UHGV virus genome: UHGV-1350644
Direction: 5' to 3' (one strand)
Origin: a virus
Length of the DNA stretch: 41,845 nucleotides
Part shown: in pieces, positions 8,659-16,784 of the stretch
Numbering within the stretch: position 1 is the first letter of the stretch
How the letters are laid out: each line of letters begins with the position of its first letter
Translations under genes and position numbers: made by a program
The notes under the pieces: model-generated
The model's input: only the letters and a program-made list of their open reading frames with translations
Told to the model about the DNA's origin: nothing
Database searches by the model: none

Positions 8659-9039
8659 CTAGAACGGTATATCCTCGTCCAGTTCTGCGAATCCACTTGG
8701 TGTAGCAGCTCCAATATCTCCGTGATCTTCTTTGCTCCATTCAAGGAATTCTACTCGGTCAGCGATCACATCTGTTGTGAATACCTTTGTTCCGTCTTTC
8801 TTTTCATAACTTCCAGTCTGAATGTGACCTTGAACACCTGCTTTCTTGCCTTTTTTGAGGTAAAGTTGGCAGTTTTCAGCGGTTTTCCCAAATGCCACGC
8901 AAGAGATAAAGTTTGTTCTCTTCTTCTCTCCGTATCCATCGTCTACCGCCAGTGTAAATCTTGCTACTGCCATCTGCTGCGGTGTGTATGTACACTCAAT
9001 GTCTTTTGTTGTTCTGCCAATTAATGCAACTACATTCAT
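8659..9039 (-). CDS. ssb: single-stranded DNA-binding protein
   Basis: OB-fold SSB signature and an acidic C-terminal tail ending DIPF. Confidence 0.8.
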   Translation of the reverse strand: MNVVALIGRTTKDIECTYTPQQMAVARFTLAVDDGYGEKKRTNFISCVAFGKTAENCQLYLKKGKKAGVQGHIQTGSYEKKDGTKVFTTDVIADRVEFLEWSKEDHGDIGAATPSGFAELDEDIPF

Positions 9040-9329
9040 GCTTTCATTCTCTCTTTCTGTCTTAATAATTTTTCGGCTCTGACCACCTTTACTTCTTTCT
9101 CGACATCGAATAGAATTTGAAGTTGATCAAGCATAATTCCAACGTCTGCGATTTCTTCCACGATATTGTCCTTTAGCGAATTTATCGTATCGGCATCATA
9201 TCCGGAATATCTCCAAAACTTCCGAATTGCTACTGTCAGTTCTGCCATTTCCTCGATCGTCTGATCACATTGGTCTTTCAATCCGTAATGGTTCGCTATT
9301 TGCTCGATTAATGTCATTTTGTCCTCCAA
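9036..9329 (-). CDS. MazG-like nucleotide pyrophosphohydrolase (small)
   Basis: EEMAELTVAI...EEIADV, an EExxE-type all-alpha NTP-PPase signature. Confidence 0.5.
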   Translation of the reverse strand: MEDKMTLIEQIANHYGLKDQCDQTIEEMAELTVAIRKFWRYSGYDADTINSLKDNIVEEIADVGIMLDQLQILFDVEKEVKVVRAEKLLRQKERMKA

Positions 9330-9825
9330 TCATTTTCAGTCCGGCAATCTGATTCCGTAGATTTTCCGGCAAATATGCAGCTTCTTTTTTCTTGTTCGCG
9401 GTTAGTTCATATACCTGTCGGAACTGTGCCCTTAGCGTTTCTTCGCTGTCTGCCGGGCTTTGGCATATTGACTGCCATCCAAGCTTTTTCACTGCTTCCC
9501 TTGTTGCTTCATCCATGCTTTTCAGCGCTCCGGATTCGTCATACATGCCGTATGCACTGATAGCCTTTTTAACCTGTTTCCATCCGTCTGACCAGTCATA
9601 ATCGGCTGTACCTTGCACATCTACTGCAATTCTGCGAATAATTGCTATAGACGGAAATTCTTCGGTTAGTACCATCGTTTTGACTGCCGCATTTGCGACT
9701 TCGCATGGCAAGTCTGATAATGCATCGTACCATGCATCCATCGCAAGGCTACTGTCAAGGAAATTCCTATGCGGATAAGCAGCTTTCATCGTTGCCGCCA
9801 GCGTTGCAAATTCTGCCTTATTCAT
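9265..9825 (-). CDS. Replication-associated hypothetical protein (possible helicase-loader analogue)
   Basis: Position between the replisome organizer and SSB; no Walker motif. Confidence 0.3.
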   Translation of the reverse strand: MNKAEFATLAATMKAAYPHRNFLDSSLAMDAWYDALSDLPCEVANAAVKTMVLTEEFPSIAIIRRIAVDVQGTADYDWSDGWKQVKKAISAYGMYDESGALKSMDEATREAVKKLGWQSICQSPADSEETLRAQFRQVYELTANKKKEAAYLPENLRNQIAGLKMIGGQNDINRANSEPLRIERPM

Positions 9826-10690
9826 TCAACCACCCTTTCATCATTTCGATGCTTGCATCAAGCGAACCAGTTCGTTTAGGTGCTTTGATTTTATCCCAAA
9901 TAATGCCTTGATACCGGTTAGCTATGGAATCCTCTATCAGCTCAATTACTGCTGCATCTCCGTACTGCCTAGAACGTTCAAGAATTCGTTTAAGCAAAGT
10001 ATTCAAGCCTGTTGGCTGATATGCTTGCCGTCTTTCTTGCTTATAGGCAAGCCATTTCACAACGGCATCTTCTAGCTCTGGCGAAACTTGCTTAAAGAAC
10101 CAATCAGTATCTGCACCCTCGCGCGTGCGCGCGCGTTTTTGGTTTATTTTATTTATTTCTTTTTTTTCCTTTATTGGTATATTCGCTTTTTGTTCGCATC
10201 CATCTCGCTTTTTGTTCGCTTTTTGATTGTTCATATCTTTAACAATCGGTTTATTGTTCGTTGATATTTCAACGTTTTCTGACTCGCTTTCAGTTCGCTC
10301 CGATGTCGCACTTTTTGTCGCATCTGATTTCGCGGTCATTTGGTACTTGTCATAATTTACGATTGTGATGAAAACCACCCTATCGGCTTTTTTGGTTGTT
10401 ATCATTTTTTGCTTCTCAAGCAGTTTTATAAAATTATCAACCTTATGCCAGGACCATTCCCATCGTGAGGAAAGACTCAAGACTGTTGTCTCTATCGTAC
10501 CTCTCGTCACAGTGACTATGTCATTGTGGTAGAGCCTTTGTTTATCTTCGTAATTCGCAAGTTGTATTAGGTCTATCCATGCTTGACCTTTGCTGTAGGG
10601 CTTGTCATCCCACAGCCAATGAGTGAAAAGTTTTCGGTCGATTGTTATAAATCCTATATCAACCACCCTCTTTCTTTTTCTTCTTTGCAA
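9818..10690 (-). CDS. Phage replisome organizer / replication initiator (N-terminal DNA-binding domain, internal ori-like linker)
   Basis: N-terminal WLWDDKPYSKGQAWIDLIQLAN pattern of phage replisome organizers. Iterons and an AT tract sit inside the gene, as with lambda O. Confidence 0.55.
   Translation of the reverse strand: MQRRKRKRVVDIGFITIDRKLFTHWLWDDKPYSKGQAWIDLIQLANYEDKQRLYHNDIVTVTRGTIETTVLSLSSRWEWSWHKVDNFIKLLEKQKMITTKKADRVVFITIVNYDKYQMTAKSDATKSATSERTESESENVEISTNNKPIVKDMNNQKANKKRDGCEQKANIPIKEKKEINKINQKRARTREGADTDWFFKQVSPELEDAVVKWLAYKQERRQAYQPTGLNTLLKRILERSRQYGDAAVIELIEDSIANRYQGIIWDKIKAPKRTGSLDASIEMMKGWLNE
10119..10336. repeat. Candidate origin: alternating-GC 18-mer, AT-rich tract, then 3-4 iterons TCGCnTTTTTGT(T)CGCATC
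   Basis: Read directly: ctcgcgcgtgcgcgcgcg, tttattttatttatttcttttttttcc, then tcgctttttgttcgcatc at three or more sites. Confidence 0.5.
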
Positions 10691-10865
10691 AATGTATAAC
10701 TTGTCTATCCGGTTTCGCTTCGCATTTAGCGGTGCAGCCTATTCCTGCCGGGCATGGTCTTGGCTTGCCTGTGATACTAATATAATCACAATGTTTCAAA
10801 GTCGATGCTTGCCATCCCTTAAAGTATTTACAGCCTTTGCAGTAATCCTTGTCTATTAGTGCCAT
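10659..10865 (-). CDS. Cys-rich small protein
   Basis: The start was moved to MALIDKDYCKGCKYF to limit overlap with the ninB-like gene. Confidence 0.35.
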   Translation of the reverse strand: MALIDKDYCKGCKYFKGWQASTLKHCDYISITGKPRPCPAGIGCTAKCEAKPDRQVIHFAKKKKKEGG

Positions 10866-11410
10866 GTTTGCTTTAACCTTTCGATTTCGTTTGGTGTCAT
10901 TGTTTCGATTCCTTGTGCTTTGCAATCTTCAATTATTGCATCGAGCAGTCTTGACATTTCTTTACTGTCATAGGTGCTACTGCCGAAGTAACAGACAATA
11001 TTTTCATAATTCGGAAGCTTGGATTTGCCTAGTCTTTCGCATACCCAGCCAAGCCCTTTTTGCTCCCAGTTTTTAATCCATCTGTCGGCTGCATCTTCCC
11101 GAATCGGTACGATCTCATATATTCCGTAATCTCTGACGTACTTCATGTAAAGATCTTCTTTTTTTGTTGGACTTTCCTTACTCAGCTCCATTGCCAACGC
11201 TCCTAAGAGTTTCCAACAATATGCATTCGCGTCAAGGCTTCTTTTCCGCTTCACAGGCTCGATTTTAACGGTATATTCCTTGCCAGTGTCTATTTCTCCG
11301 ACACTGGCTAAAAACTCGTTTAGAACTCGAATTTGACCCTTACAACAAGGAATTATGATATTATCTTGTTTGTATAGTAGTTCAATCCGTGGTTTCGCTT
11401 TCAGCTTCAT
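10856..11410 (-). CDS. NinB/Orf-family recombination mediator
   Basis: KRKRSLDANAYCWKLLGAL matches the NinB RSLDQNxxxW signature. Confidence 0.5.
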   Translation of the reverse strand: MKLKAKPRIELLYKQDNIIIPCCKGQIRVLNEFLASVGEIDTGKEYTVKIEPVKRKRSLDANAYCWKLLGALAMELSKESPTKKEDLYMKYVRDYGIYEIVPIREDAADRWIKNWEQKGLGWVCERLGKSKLPNYENIVCYFGSSTYDSKEMSRLLDAIIEDCKAQGIETMTPNEIERLKQTWH

Positions 11411-11726
11411 CTTGCGCCACCTTTAACCATTCGTACTTGTCATATACTAGATCTGCTTCATTCCAGTTCGGATACCAGCTTTTGAGATAATCTCTAATAG
11501 CCATCCCATAATCATTTCTCATTGCTCCATTGTCATAGTCTTGATGACACTTAGCACATAACATGACGAGATTTTGTGGGATGCCTTTACCGCCTTGCGC
11601 TCTGCCGATATAGTGAGCGCATTGCAGATACCAAGGTCTGCCGCATAGGATGCAGCACCCACCATCACGTTCACGCACTCGCTTATAGGTCCAGCGGTCA
11701 ATCTGTGTATGCTCTTTCATGCTCAT
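11382..11726 (-). CDS. HNH endonuclease
   Basis: CILCG...CAHYIGRAQGG...NLVMLCAKCH. Confidence 0.6.
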   Translation of the reverse strand: MSMKEHTQIDRWTYKRVRERDGGCCILCGRPWYLQCAHYIGRAQGGKGIPQNLVMLCAKCHQDYDNGAMRNDYGMAIRDYLKSWYPNWNEADLVYDKYEWLKVAQDEAESETTD

Positions 11727-11727
11727 G

Positions 11728-12627
11728 TTATTTACCTGGGGTTGTGATTCTCACATATCCCGCTTTGCCTTTCTTCGTTACTTCATCGCAATACTTGTCA
11801 TACAGTTCCGGGTTATCTTCCTTGAATTGCTTTGCATTAAATTCTCTTTTAGTGGTCGGTTCTCCATCCGGAACAAGAGTAATTTTTATTCCGCTTGGTG
11901 TCTCCCACTTTTTAACATGGTATTTTTCCATGTTCTTTTTCAGTTCTGCCTTAGCTTCTTTCAGTTCCGCTTCAATTTCCTTGAACAGTGTCAGCTGTGC
12001 TTCAAGATTGATGACCTTGGTTGCGATGTCTACAACTTCTTTTGGCTGTAGTTCTTCTTCTGTCATAAATGGATTTTCTTTCAGTCTCGCCCAGTCATCA
12101 CGGAACCGGTCAATTTCCGAATGGATGTATTCAAGCCACATGGTATAATCACTCAATTTGACTTTGTACATCGTCATTCTGCCCTTGTCGAATACTTCCG
12201 AGAAATCTTCCGGTCTTTCGTATACTGCTAGAATTCCGTTCTCATATCCGTACATTTCCATTCCGGTAAGAAGCTGGCATAAGTAGTAATCATATTCGTC
12301 TACATCATCGTGAATCGTAGATGTTGTTTTGATTTCCAGTACTGTTTGTGTGTCGTGGGATACACCGTCAGCGTGGTATCTCATATCCCCATCAATGACT
12401 TTATCTTCCACAAACTCTGTGTTCTCGATGATGCTTACACACTGACGGATTTTATCTTCCATCACGTTTCCGTATTCGGTATAGGCATTGCCGGTAAAGT
12501 CCGAATATTCAATTCCGGCTTTCTCTTTGAGTAGCTGCCATCTTGTTTTGAATTTTGAAATTCCGAGAATAGCAGCTATATCAGAACCGCCTATATATTT
12601 ATCTCTATCTTTTGTTACGTCCTGCAT
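11728..12627 (-). CDS. YqaJ-like viral recombination exonuclease (lambda Exo-like PD-(D/E)xK)
   Basis: N-terminal IGGSDIAAILGISKFKTRWQLLKEK, the YqaJ signature. Confidence 0.7.
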   Translation of the reverse strand: MQDVTKDRDKYIGGSDIAAILGISKFKTRWQLLKEKAGIEYSDFTGNAYTEYGNVMEDKIRQCVSIIENTEFVEDKVIDGDMRYHADGVSHDTQTVLEIKTTSTIHDDVDEYDYYLCQLLTGMEMYGYENGILAVYERPEDFSEVFDKGRMTMYKVKLSDYTMWLEYIHSEIDRFRDDWARLKENPFMTEEELQPKEVVDIATKVINLEAQLTLFKEIEAELKEAKAELKKNMEKYHVKKWETPSGIKITLVPDGEPTTKREFNAKQFKEDNPELYDKYCDEVTKKGKAGYVRITTPGK

Positions 12628-13238
12628 TACTTCTCTAAATCCTCCAATACTTCCTTAAATCTTTCTTCCGTTGTCTTACTGTTCAAGTCGTAATCTTTCG
12701 CCAGTTCTGCAAATGGGATGCCGGCTTCTTTCGCATAGATGATTAGCTTTTCCCGATAGGTTAAAGTTTTCTCTTTCGGTGCAACTGCCTGATTTTTTTT
12801 GCCGTCATTATACTTTGTATTGTCTTTATTCCAATATACATCTGCACCAATTCCAAGTGATTTACAAGCAACAGAAATGGCGTCAGTCAAAGCCATTTTA
12901 TAACACTCGTCATTCACGTATAGTCCGTTCTTTTCGTTTGCTACAAGCATTGAACCGCCAATGCCTACAATCGGCTTGCTCCATTCATTGTCACGTTTTA
13001 CATAAAGATTTATCTTTACATTTGCAGTGATTTCATCTTTTGCCATTGACGTTTCTATCCATTTATCGGTAATCTCGTAATACCAACCAAAACCGCAAAT
13101 TCCGAATTCTTCGGTAAGTGTTTTGATTCGCCACATCGGATTGATGTCGGTCATTCCTTTAAGTCTGCCACCGCCAATGTTTTTCTTTGCCGTATCAGGG
13201 ACTTTTCGGAATTTATCATAAAGTTCAAGATTATTCAT
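12627..13238 (-). CDS. Rad52-like single-strand annealing protein (Sak family)
   Basis: ALTDAISVACKSLGIGADVYW matches the Rad52/Sak 'A.TDA...A...LGIG..LY' motif. It is paired with the exonuclease. Confidence 0.55.
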   Translation of the reverse strand: MNNLELYDKFRKVPDTAKKNIGGGRLKGMTDINPMWRIKTLTEEFGICGFGWYYEITDKWIETSMAKDEITANVKINLYVKRDNEWSKPIVGIGGSMLVANEKNGLYVNDECYKMALTDAISVACKSLGIGADVYWNKDNTKYNDGKKNQAVAPKEKTLTYREKLIIYAKEAGIPFAELAKDYDLNSKTTEERFKEVLEDLEK

Positions 13239-13479
13239 TTTTTTCTCCTACAATTTCTTTAATAATATCCCTTAAGATGTTTCTAGCTTCTGCTACAAGT
13301 TCCTCGCTGTCCATCTTCGAAAGCTTAATGGCTTTCTCAAAATCTTCGTCCGATGCATCTTCCGGATACTTTTTTCTAATGTCTCTAATGGCGGCGGTCA
13401 GCTCTGCCATAACGGTTGAATATTCGCCATTAAGGGTTATCTCTTCTGACTTCTTCATATCAATCTGAATCATTTTCAC
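13231..13479 (-). CDS. hypothetical protein
   Basis: ORF. Confidence 0.45.
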   Translation of the reverse strand: MKMIQIDMKKSEEITLNGEYSTVMAELTAAIRDIRKKYPEDASDEDFEKAIKLSKMDSEELVAEARNILRDIIKEIVGEKNE

Positions 13480-13790
13480 ATCCTTTCCAGTGCATCTGCG
13501 ATCTCGCTTTGCACCTCATCGTAAGTTAAGTGGTAGTTTTCGCTTGCAGACTTGATAAAGCTTTCTAGCATTACATCAAAGCTTGTTCTGCAATCCTCAC
13601 AAAGGTTATCCCCGACCGGGCAAGGCTCATTACAGGCTCTGCATTGTGTGGCTTCTTCGATTTCTTCACTACCACACATCGGGCATACATTAATACGTCT
13701 TGTTGCAGGTACTCCCCAAGGATTCCCCACGCTTTCCGCTCTTGTAGCGGCTACAAGAAATTGTGCATTGCAGTCATTACATACCATCAT
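13476..13790 (-). CDS. Cys-rich zinc-finger protein
   Basis: CNDC...CPMC...CRAC..C..C..CEDC. Confidence 0.45.
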   Translation of the reverse strand: MMVCNDCNAQFLVAATRAESVGNPWGVPATRRINVCPMCGSEEIEEATQCRACNEPCPVGDNLCEDCRTSFDVMLESFIKSASENYHLTYDEVQSEIADALERM

Positions 13791-14335
13791 GCTTGCACCT
13801 CTTGCATGAGTTTGCGAACCATCTTCGCCCAGTTTTCGTTATCCGGGCAATATCTCTTCTGCATTGCTTCCGGGGTTGTCATTCCGTTATCGGAGTATCT
13901 TTTCAGCATCTGTACGAATGCTTTCGCTCCGGCTTTTTCGGATTCGTAAATGTAATATCCATTTCCGCTTGTCATTCCGCCCCAGTTATGAAGAATGGTA
14001 AACGCATCTGATGCATAATGTCCTGTTTCCAGTCTTGCGATTGCGATTGCCAGTACATCATTTACTCCGTATTTTTTGCACTGCTTATACAGCATTTCAT
14101 CCATACTGTGCGTGTACTTTGTTTCGTTTTTCGGCTGATACGGAATGTATTCAACCGCTTTCACTGTTCTTTCGGTTACAAGCTTGTCTTGCATCTTGGC
14201 ATCCTCTAATGCATCCGCAGAAGCAAAGCTGAATGATGCAAGCATAGTTGTTGCTACAGTCATTGTGATAATGCCTGTTTTGCTTCTGTCTAAGACTCCG
14301 AGAAGTCCTTTTCCTGTTTTTCTATACTTTTTCAT
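13787..14335 (-). CDS. Secreted protein with a glucosaminidase (GH73/FlgJ-C)-like domain
   Basis: Signal peptide (...TTMLASFSFASA/DA). ARLETGHYASDAFTILHNWGGMTS resembles the GH73 'ExGxGxSxLAxxxNNxFGI' core. Confidence 0.4.
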   Translation of the reverse strand: MKKYRKTGKGLLGVLDRSKTGIITMTVATTMLASFSFASADALEDAKMQDKLVTERTVKAVEYIPYQPKNETKYTHSMDEMLYKQCKKYGVNDVLAIAIARLETGHYASDAFTILHNWGGMTSGNGYYIYESEKAGAKAFVQMLKRYSDNGMTTPEAMQKRYCPDNENWAKMVRKLMQEVQA

Positions 14336-14576
14336 TCTCGTATTCCTCCCGTGTCAGTACGCAGATAAACTTTACTCCATCATATTCTGTGTATTTCACA
14401 AAGTAATCGTCTTTGTCATCAACGTAATATTGGGCATCTTCTTCCGGGAAGAGTTCATCAAAAGACCTTTTCAGAAGATGCACACGGTCTTGGTCAACTC
14501 CACAAAGACTTGTTTTTTCGTGAATCTCTTGGTATTCTTTTGCAAGACTTACCAATCTGTCTTTAATATCTGTCAT
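14322..14576 (-). CDS. hypothetical protein
   Basis: ORF. Confidence 0.45.
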   Translation of the reverse strand: MTDIKDRLVSLAKEYQEIHEKTSLCGVDQDRVHLLKRSFDELFPEEDAQYYVDDKDDYFVKYTEYDGVKFICVLTREEYENEKV

Positions 14577-14776
14577 TGTGCCACCCTACTTTCTCTTTTT
14601 AATGCCGATACAACATCTGGAATGAAATATTTCTTTCCCACTCTTTCAAGTCCGTATAAGAACCTGTCAACACAATGTGGATCGTTGTAGTTCATTGCTT
14701 TTGCAAGCTCATTTCTTGTGATAAACAATGAACCGTTCAATGTTTTAAACTCCTTAATCAGTTCTTGTCTGTTCAT
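14573..14776 (-). CDS. Small DNA-binding-like protein (possible regulator or excisionase)
   Basis: HTH-like LFITRNELAKAMNYNDPHCVDRFL; next to cro. Confidence 0.3.
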   Translation of the reverse strand: MNRQELIKEFKTLNGSLFITRNELAKAMNYNDPHCVDRFLYGLERVGKKYFIPDVVSALKRESRVAQ

Positions 14777-14781
14777 CTTTT

Positions 14782-14979
14782 TTAGTCCTTTCTTTCTTTG
14801 AGCAGCGTGTTGACTGTTACACCAAGCACATCCGCTACTTTTTGCAGGCTTGTAAGACTCGGGTTAAATGTTCGTTTCCATTTTTCTATATGACCCCTAG
14901 CCAAACCGGCACGTCTTTCGATTTCTCTTATAGACATTCCACGCTTTTTTGCGTAAAATTCTATGTTTTTGTAAATCAT
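14782..14979 (-). CDS. Cro-like XRE-family HTH regulator
   Basis: KKRGMSIREIERRAGLARGHIEKWK... HTH. It diverges from the repressor gene and has an aaggagag RBS. Confidence 0.7.
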   Translation of the reverse strand: MIYKNIEFYAKKRGMSIREIERRAGLARGHIEKWKRTFNPSLTSLQKVADVLGVTVNTLLKERKD

Positions 14980-15060
14980 ATTCTCTCCTTTCGTAATTTT
15001 TTGCTATAATGCTTTTGAGGTGGTAATCGGTTATTGCTATCATAGTTTCCATAATTTCGC

Positions 15061-15210
15061 TTATTGTAAGCGTAGTGCTATAATCAGCGCTGTTACCGAT
15101 ACCGCAAGGCTTGACAGCGAAAGCGTATATCTGATTATCGCTCTTCGCCGTTCAAATGCTTTTTGAGCAGCTTCTTGTTCTTCTTGCGCTGTTTTCAACA
15201 TGCTTTTCAT
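15061..15210 (-). CDS. small membrane-anchored protein (49 aa)
   Basis: aaaggaga RBS, then MKSMLKT...; C-terminal TM helix. Confidence 0.25.
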   Translation of the reverse strand: MKSMLKTAQEEQEAAQKAFERRRAIIRYTLSLSSLAVSVTALIIALRLQ

Positions 15211-15432
15211 GGTGTTATTGTTCTCCTTTCTTATCGGTGGACTAATCGCAATAGTGCAACTATTCCTATGAAAATCCACATTGCCGCCGTTATCGGCTTC
15301 ATGATCTGCAAGATTTTTTTCTGAATGGCTTTCTTTTTAGCTTTCCGCTCTTTATATGAAAGCCATTCTTCTTTTGTTTTCTTTTCCATCTCCACCTCTG
15401 CATTATTTGTAGTAAGAAGTTACGAAAAAATA

Positions 15433-15461
15433 TTGACATCTGACGTAATTTGTTCTATTAT
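15433..15461 (+). promoter_or_regulatory. Candidate sigma-A promoter for the repressor operon (TTGACA-17-TATTAT)
   Basis: Read directly: ttgacatctgacgtaatttgttctattat. Confidence 0.4.
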
Positions 15462-15607
15462 TCAAGTAACCACACAAGATAATAGAAAACGGAATAACAT
15501 TCATTCGTACATTATTACTAACTATGTTTTTATATTACCATACATTTGTACGAACGTCAATATGTTTTTCGTAATTCTGTACTACTTTTTTAAAGGAAGG
15601 TTTTGCC

Positions 15608-15949
15608 ATGAATATTTACGAAAGAATCAAGGAATTGTGCAAGAAAAAAGGTGTCACTATTAAAGACATGGAGATAGCAGTAGGAATCGGAGAAAAGAAT
15701 GCTAACAAATGGAAAACAAGAACACCATCTGCAGAAAGTCTGTTAAAACTTTCTGAATACTTTGGTGTATCTACCGACTATATCCTTACTGGCGAAGAAC
15801 CGGACAGCGGATATTATGCTGACAGAGAAGCAAATCAGATTGCAGAAGAAATATTACATCACAAAGAACTGAAAGCGTTATTTGATATTGTTAAGGATAT
15901 GCCTAAAGATCGTATCGAATCTCTATATTATGTATTAAAAAAGGAGTGA
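15608..15949 (+). CDS. CI-like XRE-family repressor (HTH only)
   Basis: MNIYERIKELCKKKGVTIKDMEIAVGIGEKNANKWKTRT...LSEYFGVSTDYIL. First gene of the lysogeny operon. Confidence 0.75.
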   Translation: MNIYERIKELCKKKGVTIKDMEIAVGIGEKNANKWKTRTPSAESLLKLSEYFGVSTDYILTGEEPDSGYYADREANQIAEEILHHKELKALFDIVKDMPKDRIESLYYVLKKE

Positions 15950-15955
15950 TGCTTA

Positions 15956-16198
15956 ATGAAAGAAGAAAACGTGAAAGTCGTTTTCAAATCGTTAGAGTGT
16001 GATTTTAGGGGTGCTGTTTTCTGCAAGTTTGATAATGGAGAAGATTTCTACACCATTATTATTAATTCGAATCTATCAGAAGAAGCACAAATTCGTACTT
16101 TTAGGCACGAAGTTGCACACATCACGAACAACGACTTCCACAATGGGTTATCGGTCGGAGAAATAGAACGTCGCACTCATGCGATGTTCGATGAATAG
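15956..16198 (+). CDS. ImmA/IrrE-like HEXXH metallopeptidase, unusually short (80 aa)
   Basis: HEVAHITNND motif; immediately downstream of the repressor. Confidence 0.45.
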   Translation: MKEENVKVVFKSLECDFRGAVFCKFDNGEDFYTIIINSNLSEEAQIRTFRHEVAHITNNDFHNGLSVGEIERRTHAMFDE

Positions 16199-16207
16199 GA
16201 GAATGAA

Positions 16208-16720
16208 ATGAAAAAGAAAATTGTATCACTTGTTCTTTCCATTGTTATTGCTACTACATCATTTGTGCCTGCATATGCCTTTCTTCCTGCACAAGAAAGG
16301 CTAAAAAGACCCGTTATTGATGATATTTGGCATGATTCAAGCAGTGTGATTGTTATGTGGCATGGTGTTCGCCATGCAAAGACATACAAAATATATCGCT
16401 CAACGTCAAAGGATGGAGACTTTAATTATTATACTTCTACATCAGACGAATACTTTTTTGACTATAACGTCAAAAAGGGTGTCAGATACTACTACAAATT
16501 AAAAGCCGTTGCATCCAATTACAAAGCAAGCAAATTGAGCAAATGGCGTTCTTCTAAAATACCAAAACCAAAAGCAGAGGTATCTACAACAGTATATATA
16601 ACAGAAACAGGTTCTAAATATCACAGGTATGGTTGTCAATATCTATGGAATAGTTGCTACTCCATTAGTAAGAAAAATGCTATTGCTCAAGGATATACAG
16701 CATGTTCAAGATGTTGGTAA
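16208..16720 (+). CDS. Secreted Fn3-like protein with a Cys-rich C-terminus (moron / superinfection-exclusion candidate)
   Basis: Sec signal peptide MKKKIVSLVLSIVIATTSFVPAYA; YKIYRS...YYYKLKAV is Fn3-like; C-terminal YHRYGCQY...GYTACSRCW. Confidence 0.5.
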   Translation: MKKKIVSLVLSIVIATTSFVPAYAFLPAQERLKRPVIDDIWHDSSSVIVMWHGVRHAKTYKIYRSTSKDGDFNYYTSTSDEYFFDYNVKKGVRYYYKLKAVASNYKASKLSKWRSSKIPKPKAEVSTTVYITETGSKYHRYGCQYLWNSCYSISKKNAIAQGYTACSRCW

Positions 16721-16784
16721 AATTAGCCCGGCAGTAATGTCGGGCTTTAATTGCACCGAATTCGAGGTAATTAAGGAGTAAATC

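Noticed and set aside
11576-12148. Plus-strand ORFs 11576..12148 and 11719..12051
   Set aside because: They lie antisense within the YqaJ exonuclease and HNH genes, have Ser/Leu/Phe-rich composition typical of antisense frames, and lack an RBS.
15325-15663. Plus-strand ORF 15325..15663 (112 aa) overlapping the repressor start
   Set aside because: It covers the regulatory intergenic region and overlaps the cI start in another frame. It has no RBS and a hydrophobic nonsense-like sequence.
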